Positions 63,271 through 64,000 of a stretch of 64,000 nt of DNA are shown here, piece after piece. A program made the position numbers and the translations under genes. The notes beneath the pieces are model-generated. The model searched no databases. It saw nothing but the letters and a program-made list of their open reading frames with translations, and was not told where the DNA came from. Source of the DNA: Verrucomicrobiales bacterium (GTDB lineage Bacteria > Verrucomicrobiota > Verrucomicrobiia > Limisphaerales > F1-12-MAGs170); the NCBI GenBank assembly GCA_005777315.1, contig SXMN01000316.1, positions 208 to 64,207 on the forward strand. Direction: 5' to 3'. Position 1 is the stretch's first letter. Every line of letters begins with the position of its first letter.

Positions 63271-64000
63271 ATGAAAACGAAACTTTCTCCTTCGCGTCGC
63301 ACCACCACCTCCCAAAAGAAGAATGGCAACGGATCCTGGATTTCCGGCACGCGTCGGATGTTGATCAACGGCAAATGGGTTCTTGCCAGCTCGGGCGAAA
63401 CTTTTTCCACATTCAATCCGGCCACGGCTGAGGTGATTTGCCAGGTTGCGGCGGGCGACAAGGCAGACATCGATGGTGCGGTGAAAGCAGCGCGTGCCGC
63501 CTTCGAGGATGGTCCCTGGCGCCGCATGACGCCATCGGAACGTGGCAAGCTTATCTGGAAACTGGCCGACCTTCTCGAACGTCAACTCGAAGAGTTCGCT
63601 CAACTTGAATCCCTCGACAATGGCAAGCCGCTCGCGGTCGCCCGTGTCGCGGATGTGCCGCTCGCCGTGGACCTGTTCCGCTACATGGCAGGATGGGCAA
63701 CGAAGGTGGTGGGGCACACCATTCCGATATCCGTGCCTTATGCGCCTGGCGCAAAGTTCTTCGCCTACACTCAACGCGAACCAATTGGTGTCGTCGGCCA
63801 GATCATCCCTTGGAATTTCCCGCTTTTGATGGCCGCATGGAAATTGGGACCGGCGCTGGCAACCGGATGCACGGTTGTCTTGAAGCCTGCGGAACAAACA
63901 CCGCTCTCTGCGCTCCGGCTTGGGGAATTGATTCAGGAGGCTGGCTTTCCGGATGGCGTGGTGAACATCGTCACCGGATTTGGTGAAACGGCCGGCGCTG
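63271..64000 (+). CDS. NAD(P)-dependent aldehyde dehydrogenase, 5' partial (runs off window)
   Basis: Absent from the ORF track because there is no stop in the window. My translation from ATG 63271 is [10 protein letters not shown]...[56 protein letters not shown]...[46 protein letters not shown], the canonical ALDH N-half. Confidence 0.85.
   Translation, partial: MKTKLSPSRRTTTSQKKNGNGSWISGTRRMLINGKWVLASSGETFSTFNPATAEVICQVAAGDKADIDGAVKAARAAFEDGPWRRMTPSERGKLIWKLADLLERQLEEFAQLESLDNGKPLAVARVADVPLAVDLFRYMAGWATKVVGHTIPISVPYAPGAKFFAYTQREPIGVVGQIIPWNFPLLMAAWKLGPALATGCTVVLKPAEQTPLSALRLGELIQEAGFPDGVVNIVTGFGETAGA

Noticed and set aside
63211-63897. 228-aa minus-strand ORF at the right edge
   Set aside because: It is antisense to an unmistakable aldehyde dehydrogenase reading frame (+ strand from 63271). 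That frame is missing from the ORF track only because it has no stop inside the window.

Overview
GC-rich bacterial chromosomal segment whose gene content is typical of the PVC superphylum (Verrucomicrobiota or Planctomycetota-like). It has three H-X9-DG prepilin-like proteins, PSCyt/DUF1549/DUF1553 and DUF1501 proteins, giant secreted LRR, PA14 and Ig-repeat proteins, and signal-peptide-bearing TIM-barrel isomerases. About 55 CDS are supportable. I recognised no rRNA, tRNA, CRISPR array, transposase or integrase. The ORF track omits edge-truncated ORFs, and a partial aldehyde dehydrogenase runs off the right edge (63271->). The most interesting region is the right-hand accessory island (about 56.1-63.1 kb). 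Its core (59.57-63.07 kb) is an array of five same-orientation ~200-bp non-coding repeats. These tightly delimit compact modules: ParD/ParE, a gene-less hairpin element, two MazF-type TA pairs on the minus strand, and one antitoxin/MazF pair on the plus strand. Fragments of the same repeat also flank a second ParE TA pair at 36 kb and a decayed PIN toxin at 49.6-50.2 kb. This suggests a repeat-bounded cassette system (integron/CALIN-like but not canonical) with no recombinase in the window. Other notable signals: a large Ig-repeat surface protein split by a +1 frameshift inside a G8/C8 homopolymer; two copies of a ~170-nt rod-like structured repeat with strand-specific G.U pairs; a palindromic element inserted in-frame in a 1079-aa PSCyt/LamG protein; a translationally coupled DUF350-DUF1190-GspS-like-DUF4178 operon; and a C-terminal ...FYR-type domain shared by four unrelated secreted proteins. 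All protein-family calls rest on motif recognition by eye, not on database searches.
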